Positions 31,097-39,945 of a stretch of 64,000 bases of DNA are shown here, piece after piece (positions within the stretch are counted from its first letter, which is position 1; each line of letters starts with the position of its first letter). The notes beneath the pieces are model-generated. The model saw only the letters and a program-made list of their open reading frames with translations. It did not search any database and was not told the DNA's origin. Location: the NCBI GenBank assembly GCA_963707505.1, contig CAVPQB010000006.1:160001-224000 (forward strand). The letters are read 5' to 3'. A program made the translations under genes and the position numbers. This DNA is from an uncultured Gemmatimonadales bacterium. Lineage in GTDB: Bacteria; Gemmatimonadota; Gemmatimonadetes; Gemmatimonadales; Gemmatimonadaceae.

Positions 31097-31387
31097 TTAA
31101 CGGATCAGATTGAGCGTGGGGGCGGCCGCGGGTACTTCTGGCGCCCTGTACGTCGCCATGGCGCGCGGTTGAGTATCGAGCGCTCTCAGCGCATGCGCGA
31201 CGTGGCCGCACAGGTCAGCCATTGTTTCTCGCGCCTCGTCCTCGTCGAGTGACGCAGGGTCCGTCGCATCCACTGCGTGCATGGAATCGGGATCTGGCAC
31301 CGCCCCTCGTCCCGCATTGACGTTCCGAACCACGGAATCGATCACGCGATCCAGGTTTTCCTCGAGGAGCGATCCAGCCGTTGGCAT
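31097..31387 (-). CDS. Hypothetical protein (96 aa) between fliS and flgM
   Basis: ATG 1 nt after the fliS stop, GAGGG RBS, and it fills the gap. Confidence 0.65.
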   Translation of the reverse strand: MPTAGSLLEENLDRVIDSVVRNVNAGRGAVPDPDSMHAVDATDPASLDEDEARETMADLCGHVAHALRALDTQPRAMATYRAPEVPAAAPTLNLIR

Positions 31388-31388
31388 G

Positions 31389-31820
31389 TTACCGCCCTCG
31401 GGGATCGTACAGCGAATCGCCGGGTTGAGACGTGCTTCCTGCCGGCCATTGAGTCCGTGCGGCAATCACCCAGGATTCATGCAGGCTGGACGCCATCTCC
31501 ATGATCTTGGTGAGTCGTCCAGTGTCCAGGGTCCGGCCAATGGCCAGGATCTCCGTACCAAAGTACGCATATAGCGCTGCGAGGCGTTGCGCGAGCTCCC
31601 CACCCTTCTCACGATCGAGAGATCCCATCAACTCAATGACTATCGCAGAGGCCTTCTCGAGGCTCGCTGCCTTGCCCTCGAAATCGCGTTGCTGGATCTG
31701 GACCTGCGCGCGGCGGAGCTGCGCCAGCAGGTGCTCGTACAGCAGCGGAACCAGCCATTCCTTCGACCGGCTCACGACATCATTCTCAAGGTACTTGGAG
31801 GTATAAGCGCTATATCCCAT
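31389..31820 (-). CDS. fliS: Flagellin export chaperone FliS
   Basis: LVPLLYE, KASAIVIELMGSLDREKGGELAQRLAALYAY and LHESW. Confidence 0.92.
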   Translation of the reverse strand: MGYSAYTSKYLENDVVSRSKEWLVPLLYEHLLAQLRRAQVQIQQRDFEGKAASLEKASAIVIELMGSLDREKGGELAQRLAALYAYFGTEILAIGRTLDTGRLTKIMEMASSLHESWVIAARTQWPAGSTSQPGDSLYDPRGR

Positions 31821-31828
31821 GCTGGCCA

Positions 31829-31856
31829 GTGTCGGGTGAGCGGGTGCAAAACTTGA
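31829..31856 (-). promoter_or_regulatory. sigma28-like promoter of fliS, possibly leaderless
   Basis: TCAAGTTT-N12-CCCGACAC, 8 nt before ATG. Confidence 0.5.
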
Positions 31857-31894
31857 ACGTCACCGGTCGCCCGTGGAGACGCTGAAGGCCGCGT

Positions 31895-32362
31895 TTAGCC
31901 GCGACGGTCGATGAAGCGCTGCGATCCGGTACGGTAGGCCGACGGGAGGCCACCCGGAGATCCCGACGATGCCGCGCCACGCAGCTCGCGGCCCATCATG
32001 TCGCGCTGTGCGCTACACAGGCTGGCTAGGCGCGATGCAGAGCCGTCAAGCGTTTCGGCCTGCGACCGGGAGGCGAAGCTTCGCCGCTGAACGTCATTCG
32101 CGCGCGGGCCAGCGAACTGGCCCGATGCAATCGCGCTCACGAGTGGCGCGAAGCGTTTGCCGCATAGTGCCGCGCCGCGTGCAAGTTTGTCGCCACGCGA
32201 TGCCATCTCGAAGAGTCCGGCGAAATTGGCGGTGCGTACAAGCACCTGCTGCGTGTCGAGCAACATCTCGTACTGAGATACAAGCGCGTCGAATTCATCG
32301 AGCGCCTGAACCGCCTTGGCATATGCAGCGACCGGCACGTCAGCGATGAGTGCTCGCGTCAC
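31895..32362 (-). CDS. Hypothetical helical protein, possible FliT/FlgN-like chaperone
   Basis: Start overlaps the fliD stop; C-terminal AY...FIDRRG resembles FliT-type tails. Confidence 0.6.
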   Translation of the reverse strand: MTRALIADVPVAAYAKAVQALDEFDALVSQYEMLLDTQQVLVRTANFAGLFEMASRGDKLARGAALCGKRFAPLVSAIASGQFAGPRANDVQRRSFASRSQAETLDGSASRLASLCSAQRDMMGRELRGAASSGSPGGLPSAYRTGSQRFIDRRG

Positions 32363-35300
32363 TGGCCGAGCCCGTTCGAGGTGGTTTTATTCGTGCTGCT
32401 GTTCGACGGGTTCGAGAACGCCGCGAGGAAGGAGTTGCCCTGAGCCATGATCTGCTGCACGGTGCTGTCCATCGTGGAGTATTCCTTGAGCAGGGCCGCT
32501 CGCTGCAGCGCGATTCTCGCATTGAAATCGGTGAGCCGCGACTGTTGCATGCTTATCGTGGTGTTGAGTTGCTGGTTCTGAGCGTCGATCGTTCCGCCGG
32601 TCTGTGTCCAGCTCGTGAGAAGCCGGTCGATTACGGAGCTGAATCCCTGCGTGAGCGTAAGACTGCCGATCGCGCCGGGAGTCGTGCCGAGATAGGCCAT
32701 GCTCAGTCCATCGACGGGTGTTCCAGACGCGCCGACGAGCTGACGTCCGGATCCGGTAGCAGTGTACCCGCCAATCGTGCCCTGTATATCGGCGCCATAC
32801 GCGCTTCCCGAGGCAATTCCCAACTGCGTGGCCGGACTCCCCGTGCCGGAGTAAGCAATCGAGAAGCCTGCCGATGCGCCATATGCGTTATGCTGAATCT
32901 GTACCTGGCCGCCCACTGCGGTGGCGGTCATCGAGAGAATACCGTGACCCGTTGCAGTCACGTTCATCGTACCCAGATCGAGCTGTCCGCCACCTTCATT
33001 GTTCGCCGTGAGTGACATCGCAAGCGGTGACGTGCCGCTGTTGGCGGACTTCACCGAGATCTGGCCGTTGACGAACGACACCGTCGCACCCGTGCCAACC
33101 GACGATTGGAGCTGCGTAACGAAATCGGCGACCGTCGATGTCGCAGTCGTAGTGAATGTACCGGTGTAGGCAGAGCCATCGGAACGTGTGCCGCTGTAGC
33201 CGATCGTATCGCCGACGACGACTCCGGCGGACGAGCCATTGGCCAGATGCAGATCGGTCAACAGTGTCGCTGATGTCGCGGCTGCGGTCCCGGTCACATC
33301 GTTCAACGTCACCGATCCCGTCAGGGCCCGATTCTCTGGCGTGCCAAACGATGCGTTCAAGGCCGCCACGATCTGATCGGTGGTCATTCCTCCACTCAGC
33401 TGGATCTGCGCACTGGAGCTCGATGCAAGATCAGTCACAGTCATCGTATCCGGCGCGCCAGGCTGGTTGTACACGCCGCTGAAGCCGGTACCGAGCATCT
33501 GCGCCTGAGCAGCAGCCTGTGTGATGTTGACGGCGTAGCTACCGGGCTGAGTTGCGGTCGTCGAGGCTGTATACACGAGCGACGGGTTGGTCGAGACTCC
33601 TGATTCCTCGAACAGCTTGGTCACGTCCGCATACCGGCTCGTGAAAGCGGTCTGGAATTTCGAGGAGTCGAACGAGAGATGACCGTCCTTCGTGAGCGAT
33701 ATGCCAACGGTGTCCGGTGTCGCCATGTCCGACGCCGCGCCCGCGACTGGCGTGAGCATCGATGTGGAGAGCGCGCTCCGTGCGTTGCGCAGCAGTGGGT
33801 CGTTGTACAGAGTCGGGTTGCTGGTAGGATCAGCTCCCGGCGTCTGCTGCGTCTTGATGAAATCGACGACCGCGTTGTATGCGTTGACGTAGTTCTGAAC
33901 TGCCGATGTCGCTGCGCTACCGCTGAGCGATACGTTCACGTTCGCGATCGTATTGGGATCCGCGGCAGTGAGCGTGAGCGTCGTATTTGCTATTACGTCG
34001 GAAACCGTATTGCTCGAGCGCGTGAAGGCGACGCCATCGACCGAGAACTTTGCGTCTGTCCCGGTCACGAGCTCACGCGAGCGACCCGTGGATGTAGTTG
34101 CAAAGGCACCGAAATCGAGCCGGCCGCCGCCTTGATTGTTGGCCACCATCTGCAGCGAGAGACTGCTCTGACCGGCAGTACCGTCGCTGACGACGATATG
34201 ACCGCTCGCGTCGACGGATGCCGTCGCCGGCCGCGCACCTGCACCGAAGCCGGTAGTCGCGTCGTTGAGGGTATTGAGCAGGTCCTGGACCGTGCTGCCT
34301 GCCGCAACAGTGAACGAGACATTCACCGCCGAGCCGTCGCCGCGTGTTCCGGATATCGTCAGCGTATCGCCGACCTGTGCGCCCGATGCGGAGCCGCCAT
34401 TCCACAGATTGGTTAGCAGCGTCGATGCCGTTGCTGGCGTACTGCCGTTGCCGTCCGTCATCGCGCCACTCTGCAGCTGCTGAGCTACGGACGACCTGCC
34501 GGCTGTGAGAATGCCGAGCTGTTGCAATGTGTTTCCGCCATCGACAAAGCTCGTCGTGTTGCGGACGTCGAGGTAATACTGCGTCGTGCCGTTTGCAGTC
34601 GTGCTCTGAACGGTCGCCTGGATTCCAGGCACAGCCGAGAATTTCGCCGCGAGCGAGGTGAGCGAATCCGTAGCGAGGTCGATCGAGACAGTCTGACCCG
34701 CTATCGTGACCGTCTGCGCGCCTGGCGCGACGGTGAGTCCGAGCTGAGATCCGATGCTTGTCGTAGCGGACGCAAAATTATCGCTCTGGGCTCCTGCGCT
34801 GGTAACGTGCTTGATCGCAGTGGTCGAATCGATCCAGCCCAGCGACTGGGCTATGCCCTGCGAGCCATCGACGAGGTTGATTCCTTTGGAACCGGTCTGC
34901 ACACTCGTGAGGACAAGCCGCTGTGCGTTCGACGAATCGGTAACGATCGCGGCGCTGACACCGCTGGCATTTACGCCAGAATTGACACCGTTGATCTTGT
35001 CGCGAACCGAGACCAGCGTATCGGTAGCAGCGATCGTCACGGTCTTGCCATTGATGACGAAGTCGCCGGCAAGGCCGAGGGCCGCGGTGCTGCTCGCGAA
35101 GGTATTGCCGGAGAGTTTTTCAGCCTGCGCGGTCTGGAGCACCTGGACCGCGTATGATCCCGGTGATGCGCCGCTCAGCGCTGAAGCGGAAAGGATTGTC
35201 TGGCCGTTTGCGGCAGTCGCGTTGGAAACGTTGGCGTTGACGCCCTGAAACGCTGTCCCATTGCGCATGAGGCTGGTGGTCGCCTCGAGATTCGAGAGCA

Positions 35301-35469
35301 GTCCGCTGTAGGTCTGATACGCGCTCTGCTGCGCCTGCGCCGTAGTGATGCGGGTCTGCATCGCTACGCCGGGCTGCGACTGGATCTGGATCAGACTATC
35401 CACCAGCGAGCTGTAGTCGAAGGTGCTGCCGAGACCTGGGAATGATCCTACAGGGGTGCTCATTGTCAT
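32359..35469 (-). CDS. fliD: Flagellar filament cap protein FliD, very long (1036 aa)
   Basis: N-terminal GLGSTFDYSSLVDSLI, QTAQAEKL, RSSNTVSDVI and YVNAYNAV; C-terminal LLKEYSTMD. Confidence 0.92.
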   Translation of the reverse strand: MTMSTPVGSFPGLGSTFDYSSLVDSLIQIQSQPGVAMQTRITTAQAQQSAYQTYSGLLSNLEATTSLMRNGTAFQGVNANVSNATAANGQTILSASALSGASPGSYAVQVLQTAQAEKLSGNTFASSTAALGLAGDFVINGKTVTIAATDTLVSVRDKINGVNSGVNASGVSAAIVTDSSNAQRLVLTSVQTGSKGINLVDGSQGIAQSLGWIDSTTAIKHVTSAGAQSDNFASATTSIGSQLGLTVAPGAQTVTIAGQTVSIDLATDSLTSLAAKFSAVPGIQATVQSTTANGTTQYYLDVRNTTSFVDGGNTLQQLGILTAGRSSVAQQLQSGAMTDGNGSTPATASTLLTNLWNGGSASGAQVGDTLTISGTRGDGSAVNVSFTVAAGSTVQDLLNTLNDATTGFGAGARPATASVDASGHIVVSDGTAGQSSLSLQMVANNQGGGRLDFGAFATTSTGRSRELVTGTDAKFSVDGVAFTRSSNTVSDVIANTTLTLTAADPNTIANVNVSLSGSAATSAVQNYVNAYNAVVDFIKTQQTPGADPTSNPTLYNDPLLRNARSALSTSMLTPVAGAASDMATPDTVGISLTKDGHLSFDSSKFQTAFTSRYADVTKLFEESGVSTNPSLVYTASTTATQPGSYAVNITQAAAQAQMLGTGFSGVYNQPGAPDTMTVTDLASSSSAQIQLSGGMTTDQIVAALNASFGTPENRALTGSVTLNDVTGTAAATSATLLTDLHLANGSSAGVVVGDTIGYSGTRSDGSAYTGTFTTTATSTVADFVTQLQSSVGTGATVSFVNGQISVKSANSGTSPLAMSLTANNEGGGQLDLGTMNVTATGHGILSMTATAVGGQVQIQHNAYGASAGFSIAYSGTGSPATQLGIASGSAYGADIQGTIGGYTATGSGRQLVGASGTPVDGLSMAYLGTTPGAIGSLTLTQGFSSVIDRLLTSWTQTGGTIDAQNQQLNTTISMQQSRLTDFNARIALQRAALLKEYSTMDSTVQQIMAQGNSFLAAFSNPSNSSTNKTTSNGLGQ

Positions 35470-35489
35470 TTCCTCCGTATGCGACGAGC

Positions 35490-35517
35490 CCGTAGGAGCC
35501 CATTCGGGCCCCTACGG
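35490..35517 (-). other. GC-rich stem-loop between fliC and fliD (stabiliser or partial terminator)
   Basis: Minus strand CCGTAGGGGCCC-GAAT-GGGCTCCTACGG; no U-tract. Confidence 0.5.
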
Positions 35518-35580
35518 TCTCGTAGCCGGGCTTGGGGAGACAGGAGATTCCTCTCCGCTGCCCTCACCCGGTTAGTTCAT

Positions 35581-36703
35581 TTACTGGAAGAGCTTCAGCA
35601 CGCTCTGCTGGCTCGAGTTCGCCTGCGCGAGCATTGCCGTACCGGCCTGCTGGAGGATCGAGAGCTTGCTGTAGTTCGTGTATTCCTGAGCCATGTTCGT
35701 GTCGCGGATGACCGACTCTGCGGCCGACACGTTCTGGTACAGCGAGGCAACGTTCGTGGTCGCGTAGTTGAGGCGGTTCTCAGCCGCACCGAGCGAACCG
35801 ATGACGGTATTGACCGACGATACGGCCGCACGTGATGCTCGCGAGCGCCGTGGTAGCATTGGCCATCGTATCGACCGAGATGCCGGCCAGGTTCAGACCG
35901 GTGGCAGAGCTGGCGCGAAGATCGCCGAGGCTCACGCTCACGAGGTTGTCCGAGTCACTGGTTGCACCACTGCCGACGCGGAACGCTGCGCTGGTGGTGT
36001 TGGCAGTGATGATCGTCTTGGTATCGAGACCCACGTTCCGGCGATTGCCGCGGTCGGATCGCCGTTGAACGTGAACGAGATGCCCATCTTGTCGAAGTTC
36101 AGCGTCTGCGTGCCACTTGCTGCGGTCGTAATGGTCTGGGATGAGGTAGCAGTGCTGAGCTTGAGGTGCGTTGCGTCAACTTTGCGAGATCGTGTATGTC
36201 GCGTTGACGTCTGCACCGGAAACGGAGAGGCCTGAGAACCGACGTTGTTCTTGGCTGTACCGGTGCCGGAGTCGCTGACGCCGAAGCTGCCGTTCAACAG
36301 CTGAGATCCCTGGTACACGGTGCTACCGACGGTGCGGTCGATTTCGGCAGTAGAGCTGCGTGAACTCTGCGTTGATCTTCTGGCGATCGTTGTCGGTCAC
36401 GTTGGCAGATGCGGACTCGGTGGCGAGCTGCTTCATGCGATCGAGAATGGACGAGATCGTCTGAGTCGCGCCGTCGGCGATCTGGAGCAGCGAGCCAGCC
36501 TGCGATGCATTCTGCTGGGCCTGCTGCAAGCCAATACCGTTGTTGCGAAGCGAGTTCGCGATACTCATGCCTGCCGCGTCATCACCTGCACGGTTGAGAC
36601 GGAAACCAGATGACAGCTTCTGGATCGAGCTGGTCAGCTGGGTCTCGTTCGTGTTGAGGTTGTTCAACGCGTTCATCGAGTTGATGTTGTTCTGAATAAA
36701 CAT
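35581..36703 (-). CDS. fliC: Flagellin, about 370 aa (at least 3 apparent frameshifts near 36350, 36040 and 35833)
   Basis: KLSSGFRLNRAGDDAAG, LQIADGA and RMKQLA; C-terminal LGAAENRL, SVIRDTNMA and QAGTAMLAQAN. Confidence 0.93.
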
Positions 36704-36714
36704 TACGGTGTGGC

Positions 36715-36752
36715 TCCATTAGCGGTTTGTGGTAGAGCTTCCTTGCTCCACC
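36715..36752 (-). promoter_or_regulatory. Two CsrA-type binding sites in the fliC leader
   Basis: GGTGGAGC-AAGGAA-GCTCTACC hairpin with GGA in a hexaloop, and ATGGA overlapping the SD. Confidence 0.7.
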
Positions 36753-36782
36753 CTGTCCGGCCGGTCTGGCCGTATGGTGTAT

Positions 36783-36809
36783 TTATCGGCAGTGCCGAGG
36801 AAAGCTTTA
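36783..36809 (-). promoter_or_regulatory. Consensus sigma28 promoter of fliC
   Basis: Exact TAAA-N15-GCCGATAA. Confidence 0.92.
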
Positions 36810-36812
36810 ACG

Positions 36813-36842
36813 CGAAAGGCGTGGATTAATCCACGCCTTTCG
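36813..36842. terminator. Perfect 30-bp palindrome between fliW and the fliC promoter (probable terminator)
   Basis: CGAAAGGCGTGGATTAATCCACGCCTTTCG equals its own reverse complement. Confidence 0.6.
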
Positions 36843-36890
36843 GTCTGCCCGATTCCCGATGCAACGGGAACCTGCGGATACATCCGTATC

Positions 36891-37343
36891 CTACAGCCTG
36901 AATGATTCGCGAATGCCGTAACTACTCTCGGCGAGCACCACCTGGCTGCCTTCGCTGAGGCGGGTGTTGATCACGACTGGCCCCTGAAGATTGGCGGTAG
37001 GCAGCTCGCCTGGTGCGGCGGGAAGCGTGACGATTGCGAGGACGTTTACCTCATCGGGCGAGGCTGCGTGCGTTTCTGTCGCATCCAGGTCGAGCGTATA
37101 GCCTTCGAAGAACATGAAGGGGTCGACGAGGAGAAAGGCGAGCGACGAGTAGTCGGCCGACTGCAGCCAGTACACGTGTGGCCGCTCGGACGGAAGGAGC
37201 ACGAACGAGCGACACTCGGGAAAGCCGAGCAATCCCTCCGGAAAGGTGAGCAGGGAACCGGGCTCGACGGTGATCGTGCCTAGTATGTCGGAAGAGATGG
37301 TGACGGTGCTGGGCATCGAGTAAGCCAGGGCGGCGGATGTCAT
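36891..37343 (-). CDS. fliW: Flagellar assembly factor FliW
   Basis: TFPEGLLGFP, WLQS, LAFLLVDPF, TANLQGPVVIN and QVVL. Confidence 0.93.
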   Translation of the reverse strand: MTSAALAYSMPSTVTISSDILGTITVEPGSLLTFPEGLLGFPECRSFVLLPSERPHVYWLQSADYSSLAFLLVDPFMFFEGYTLDLDATETHAASPDEVNVLAIVTLPAAPGELPTANLQGPVVINTRLSEGSQVVLAESSYGIRESFRL

Positions 37344-38221
37344 TTCAGATAGTCTGTCAGGGTCATGCCCAGCACGCGCGACGTTGCGAGCATCGCGGAT
37401 TGGTACGCCGTCTGGCGGGTCACGAGATCGGTGATCGCCTGCTCCTGGTCGACGTTCGAGAGATTCGACTTGAAGGTGGTGAGGTTTTGCTGAAGCGCGG
37501 TGATGTTGGAGCTGGTGACCTGAAGCTGGTTCTCGCGCGCGCCGAGATCGCCGACGAGCGACTGAACTCCCTGTTGCGAATTATTGAGGCTCGTGAGGGC
37601 CGCGCCAATCCCGACCTGGTCGTTGTTGCCCAGCGCTGTCGAAAGATCCTTGAGCGACTGAAGCGTGCCCGTGTCGAGCAACAGCTCCTTCGCATTGTGA
37701 TTGGATTTGAACAGCTGGCCCGCACTGATCTCTGTCGTGTGCGTTCCGGATGGTGCGGTTCCAGTATAGAATGGTGGCGTCGTCGTGACCGGGGCAGTTG
37801 TGGTGTTGTCGCCACCGAACAGATACGTGCCCTGATACTGAGTATTGCCGGCAGCCACGGCGGAACTGAGAAGGTTGTCGACTTCCTGTTTCGCAGCCAG
37901 ACGGTCGGACGCGCTCGCCGTTGCGGTGCCCTGTTGCGTTGCGATCGCGGTCGCGCGTGTCACGGTGTCGGTGAGCTGCTGCAGCACCGTGTCTTCCATG
38001 TTAGCGCGGGCCGTCGCGTCGTTGACATTGCGCTGATACTGATTGAGCGCATTGAGTGCAGTGGACGTCTGCATGACCGACGACTGCGCCTGCGGGTCAT
38101 CGGCGAATGAGCTGTACTTGAGACCGGTGCTCACCTGATTCTGAGCCGTGGTCATCGCTTGTAAATTCGACTGTAGCGACAGAGTCGCGTTAGTCTGGAT
38201 CATGCTGTTCGTGATGCGCAT
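37340..38221 (-). CDS. flgL: Hook-filament junction protein FlgL
   Basis: MRITNSM, QVSTG..SSFADDP, GTYLFGG, LGAREN and YQSAM...TLTDYLK. Confidence 0.93.
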   Translation of the reverse strand: MRITNSMIQTNATLSLQSNLQAMTTAQNQVSTGLKYSSFADDPQAQSSVMQTSTALNALNQYQRNVNDATARANMEDTVLQQLTDTVTRATAIATQQGTATASASDRLAAKQEVDNLLSSAVAAGNTQYQGTYLFGGDNTTTAPVTTTPPFYTGTAPSGTHTTEISAGQLFKSNHNAKELLLDTGTLQSLKDLSTALGNNDQVGIGAALTSLNNSQQGVQSLVGDLGARENQLQVTSSNITALQQNLTTFKSNLSNVDQEQAITDLVTRQTAYQSAMLATSRVLGMTLTDYLK

Positions 38222-38259
38222 CGTATTGCTTTGCTCCTCGCAAAAGCGTATGCTGTGGA

Positions 38260-38287
38260 GTATCGAGCGCATGGCGTCCGCGCTTTA
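38260..38287 (-). promoter_or_regulatory. sigma28-like promoter of flgL-fliW
   Basis: TAAAG start; TAAA-N16-CTCGATAC. Confidence 0.5.
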
Positions 38288-38310
38288 GGCTCACCACCCG
38301 TATTCAACCA

Positions 38311-39753
38311 ATGGCAACTATTCTATATGTAGATGACGAGCCATCGGTCGGGTTGATACTGGAGGATACACTGCGGCGCGCCGGGCACGACGCTGTCGGC
38401 GCCCGGAACGTTCCGGAGGCTCTTCAGGCACTGGCACGCGGCAACGTGGATCTGATAATCTCGGACTACCGGATGCCGGGATTGACGGGCCTGGAGTTTC
38501 TGTCGCTCATCAGGCGCGAGGGGTACGAGGTGCCTCTGATAATGTTGACCGGCTATGCCAGCATCGAGCATGCGGTGTCGTCGATCAAGGCCGGCGCAGT
38601 GGACTACATCACCAAGCCGGTTCGCCCGCAGCAGCTCGAGCTCGCAGTCGATCAGGCATTGAAGCTGGTTCGCCTCAAGAAGGAGAACGACGCGCTCCGG
38701 CGTGAGGTCATGGAGTTCCGGAACGAGCGCCAGATCGTGGGCGACAGTGTGGCCATTCGCCGGATAATGCAGACGGTCGCGACCGCGGCGCCTACGCGGG
38801 CGACGGTGCTGTTGCAGGGTGAGTCCGGTACTGGAAAGGAGTTATTCGCCCGTTCGGTCCACGATCAAAGCGACCGGCGCGACCGGCCATTCATCCAGCT
38901 CAACTGTGCCGCACTGCCTGAGGGTCTGGTGGAAAGCGCGCTGTTCGGCCATGAGAAGGGCGCGTTCACGGGTGCGATCAAGCGCGTCGAGGGAGCATTC
39001 GAGCGTGCCAACCGGGGCACCCTACTGCTCGACGAAATCTCCGAGATGCGGCTGGACCTTCAGGCGAAACTGCTTCGCGTGCTCCAGGAGCAGGAGTTCG
39101 AGCGGGTTGGCGGCACGTCCACTATCCGGGTGGATGTTCGGATCATCGCCACGACGAACCGGGATCTGGCGGCAGAGGCTGCGCGCGGAGCGTTCCGGCA
39201 GGATCTCTATTATAGGTTGAGCACTATCCCGGTCGCGATACCGCCGCTGCGCGATCGAAAGGATGACATTCCGGCGCTTGCCTACAGGTTCGCGATCCGA
39301 ATCGGCGCCGAGATGGGCAAGGAAGTGCGGGCGATATCTCAGGAAGGGCTCGAGGTATTGCAACGATACGACTGGCCGGGGAATGTCCGGGAACTCCAGC
39401 ACGTGGTGGAGCGGGCGGTGATCCTTTCGTCGGATCCAGTCGTGCCGGCGCATGCGTTCGAGGGGCTCAGATTCGGGCTGGCGAACGTGCTTGCCGGACC
39501 CGTGTCGGCGACCCAACGGGCGCTGATCGCCGCCGGACTGGTGCCCATTCCAGATGACGATCGGGATGACGGCGTACTCGTGCGGCTGACGTCGCTAAAT
39601 GTCGAGGATGCGGAGCGCGCAATGATTCAGAAGGCACTCGAGATGTCCGGAAATAATCGCACGAAGGCGGCGGAGCTGCTGGGGATGAGCGTCCGGACTC
39701 TGAGGAACAAGCTCAATGGGCCGGCGAATGGAGAGGCAAGCTTGACCCTGTAA
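38311..39753 (+). CDS. sigma54-dependent response regulator (REC-AAA+-Fis HTH), probable flagellar activator
   Basis: ISDYRMP, GESGTGKE, GAFTGA, LLDEISEM, WPGNVREL and NRTKAAELLGMS. Confidence 0.95.
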   Translation: MATILYVDDEPSVGLILEDTLRRAGHDAVGARNVPEALQALARGNVDLIISDYRMPGLTGLEFLSLIRREGYEVPLIMLTGYASIEHAVSSIKAGAVDYITKPVRPQQLELAVDQALKLVRLKKENDALRREVMEFRNERQIVGDSVAIRRIMQTVATAAPTRATVLLQGESGTGKELFARSVHDQSDRRDRPFIQLNCAALPEGLVESALFGHEKGAFTGAIKRVEGAFERANRGTLLLDEISEMRLDLQAKLLRVLQEQEFERVGGTSTIRVDVRIIATTNRDLAAEAARGAFRQDLYYRLSTIPVAIPPLRDRKDDIPALAYRFAIRIGAEMGKEVRAISQEGLEVLQRYDWPGNVRELQHVVERAVILSSDPVVPAHAFEGLRFGLANVLAGPVSATQRALIAAGLVPIPDDDRDDGVLVRLTSLNVEDAERAMIQKALEMSGNNRTKAAELLGMSVRTLRNKLNGPANGEASLTL

Positions 39754-39757
39754 AATC

Positions 39758-39929
39758 CGGCAAGATATGCCGATCCGGCACTTTCTTCCTCTTTTTGCCG
39801 CTAGGAACATATTGCCGCAATAGGACATTTCGATCGGATATCCAAGCGCTAAGTGATTATATGACAATCACTTAGCGCTTTTGTATTTCCGGTGGCCCGA
39901 TGTGCGATCAGTTTGGTCCTCGCGTTGCT
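39758..39929 (+). promoter_or_regulatory. sigma54 promoter region of the flgB operon (enhancer sites, AT-rich palindrome, -24/-12)
   Basis: CGGCAAGATATGCCG at 39758 and AGGAACATATTGCCG at 39803; 15-bp inverted repeat 39844-39880; TGGTCCTCGCGTTGCT at 39914-39929. Confidence 0.75.
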
Positions 39930-39945
39930 TTAGCACGACCACGAG

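Noticed and set aside
35581..36703. Phase variation or programmed frameshifting of flagellin
   Set aside because: The breaks are not at long homopolymers or obvious slippery sites, and similar indels occur throughout the window.
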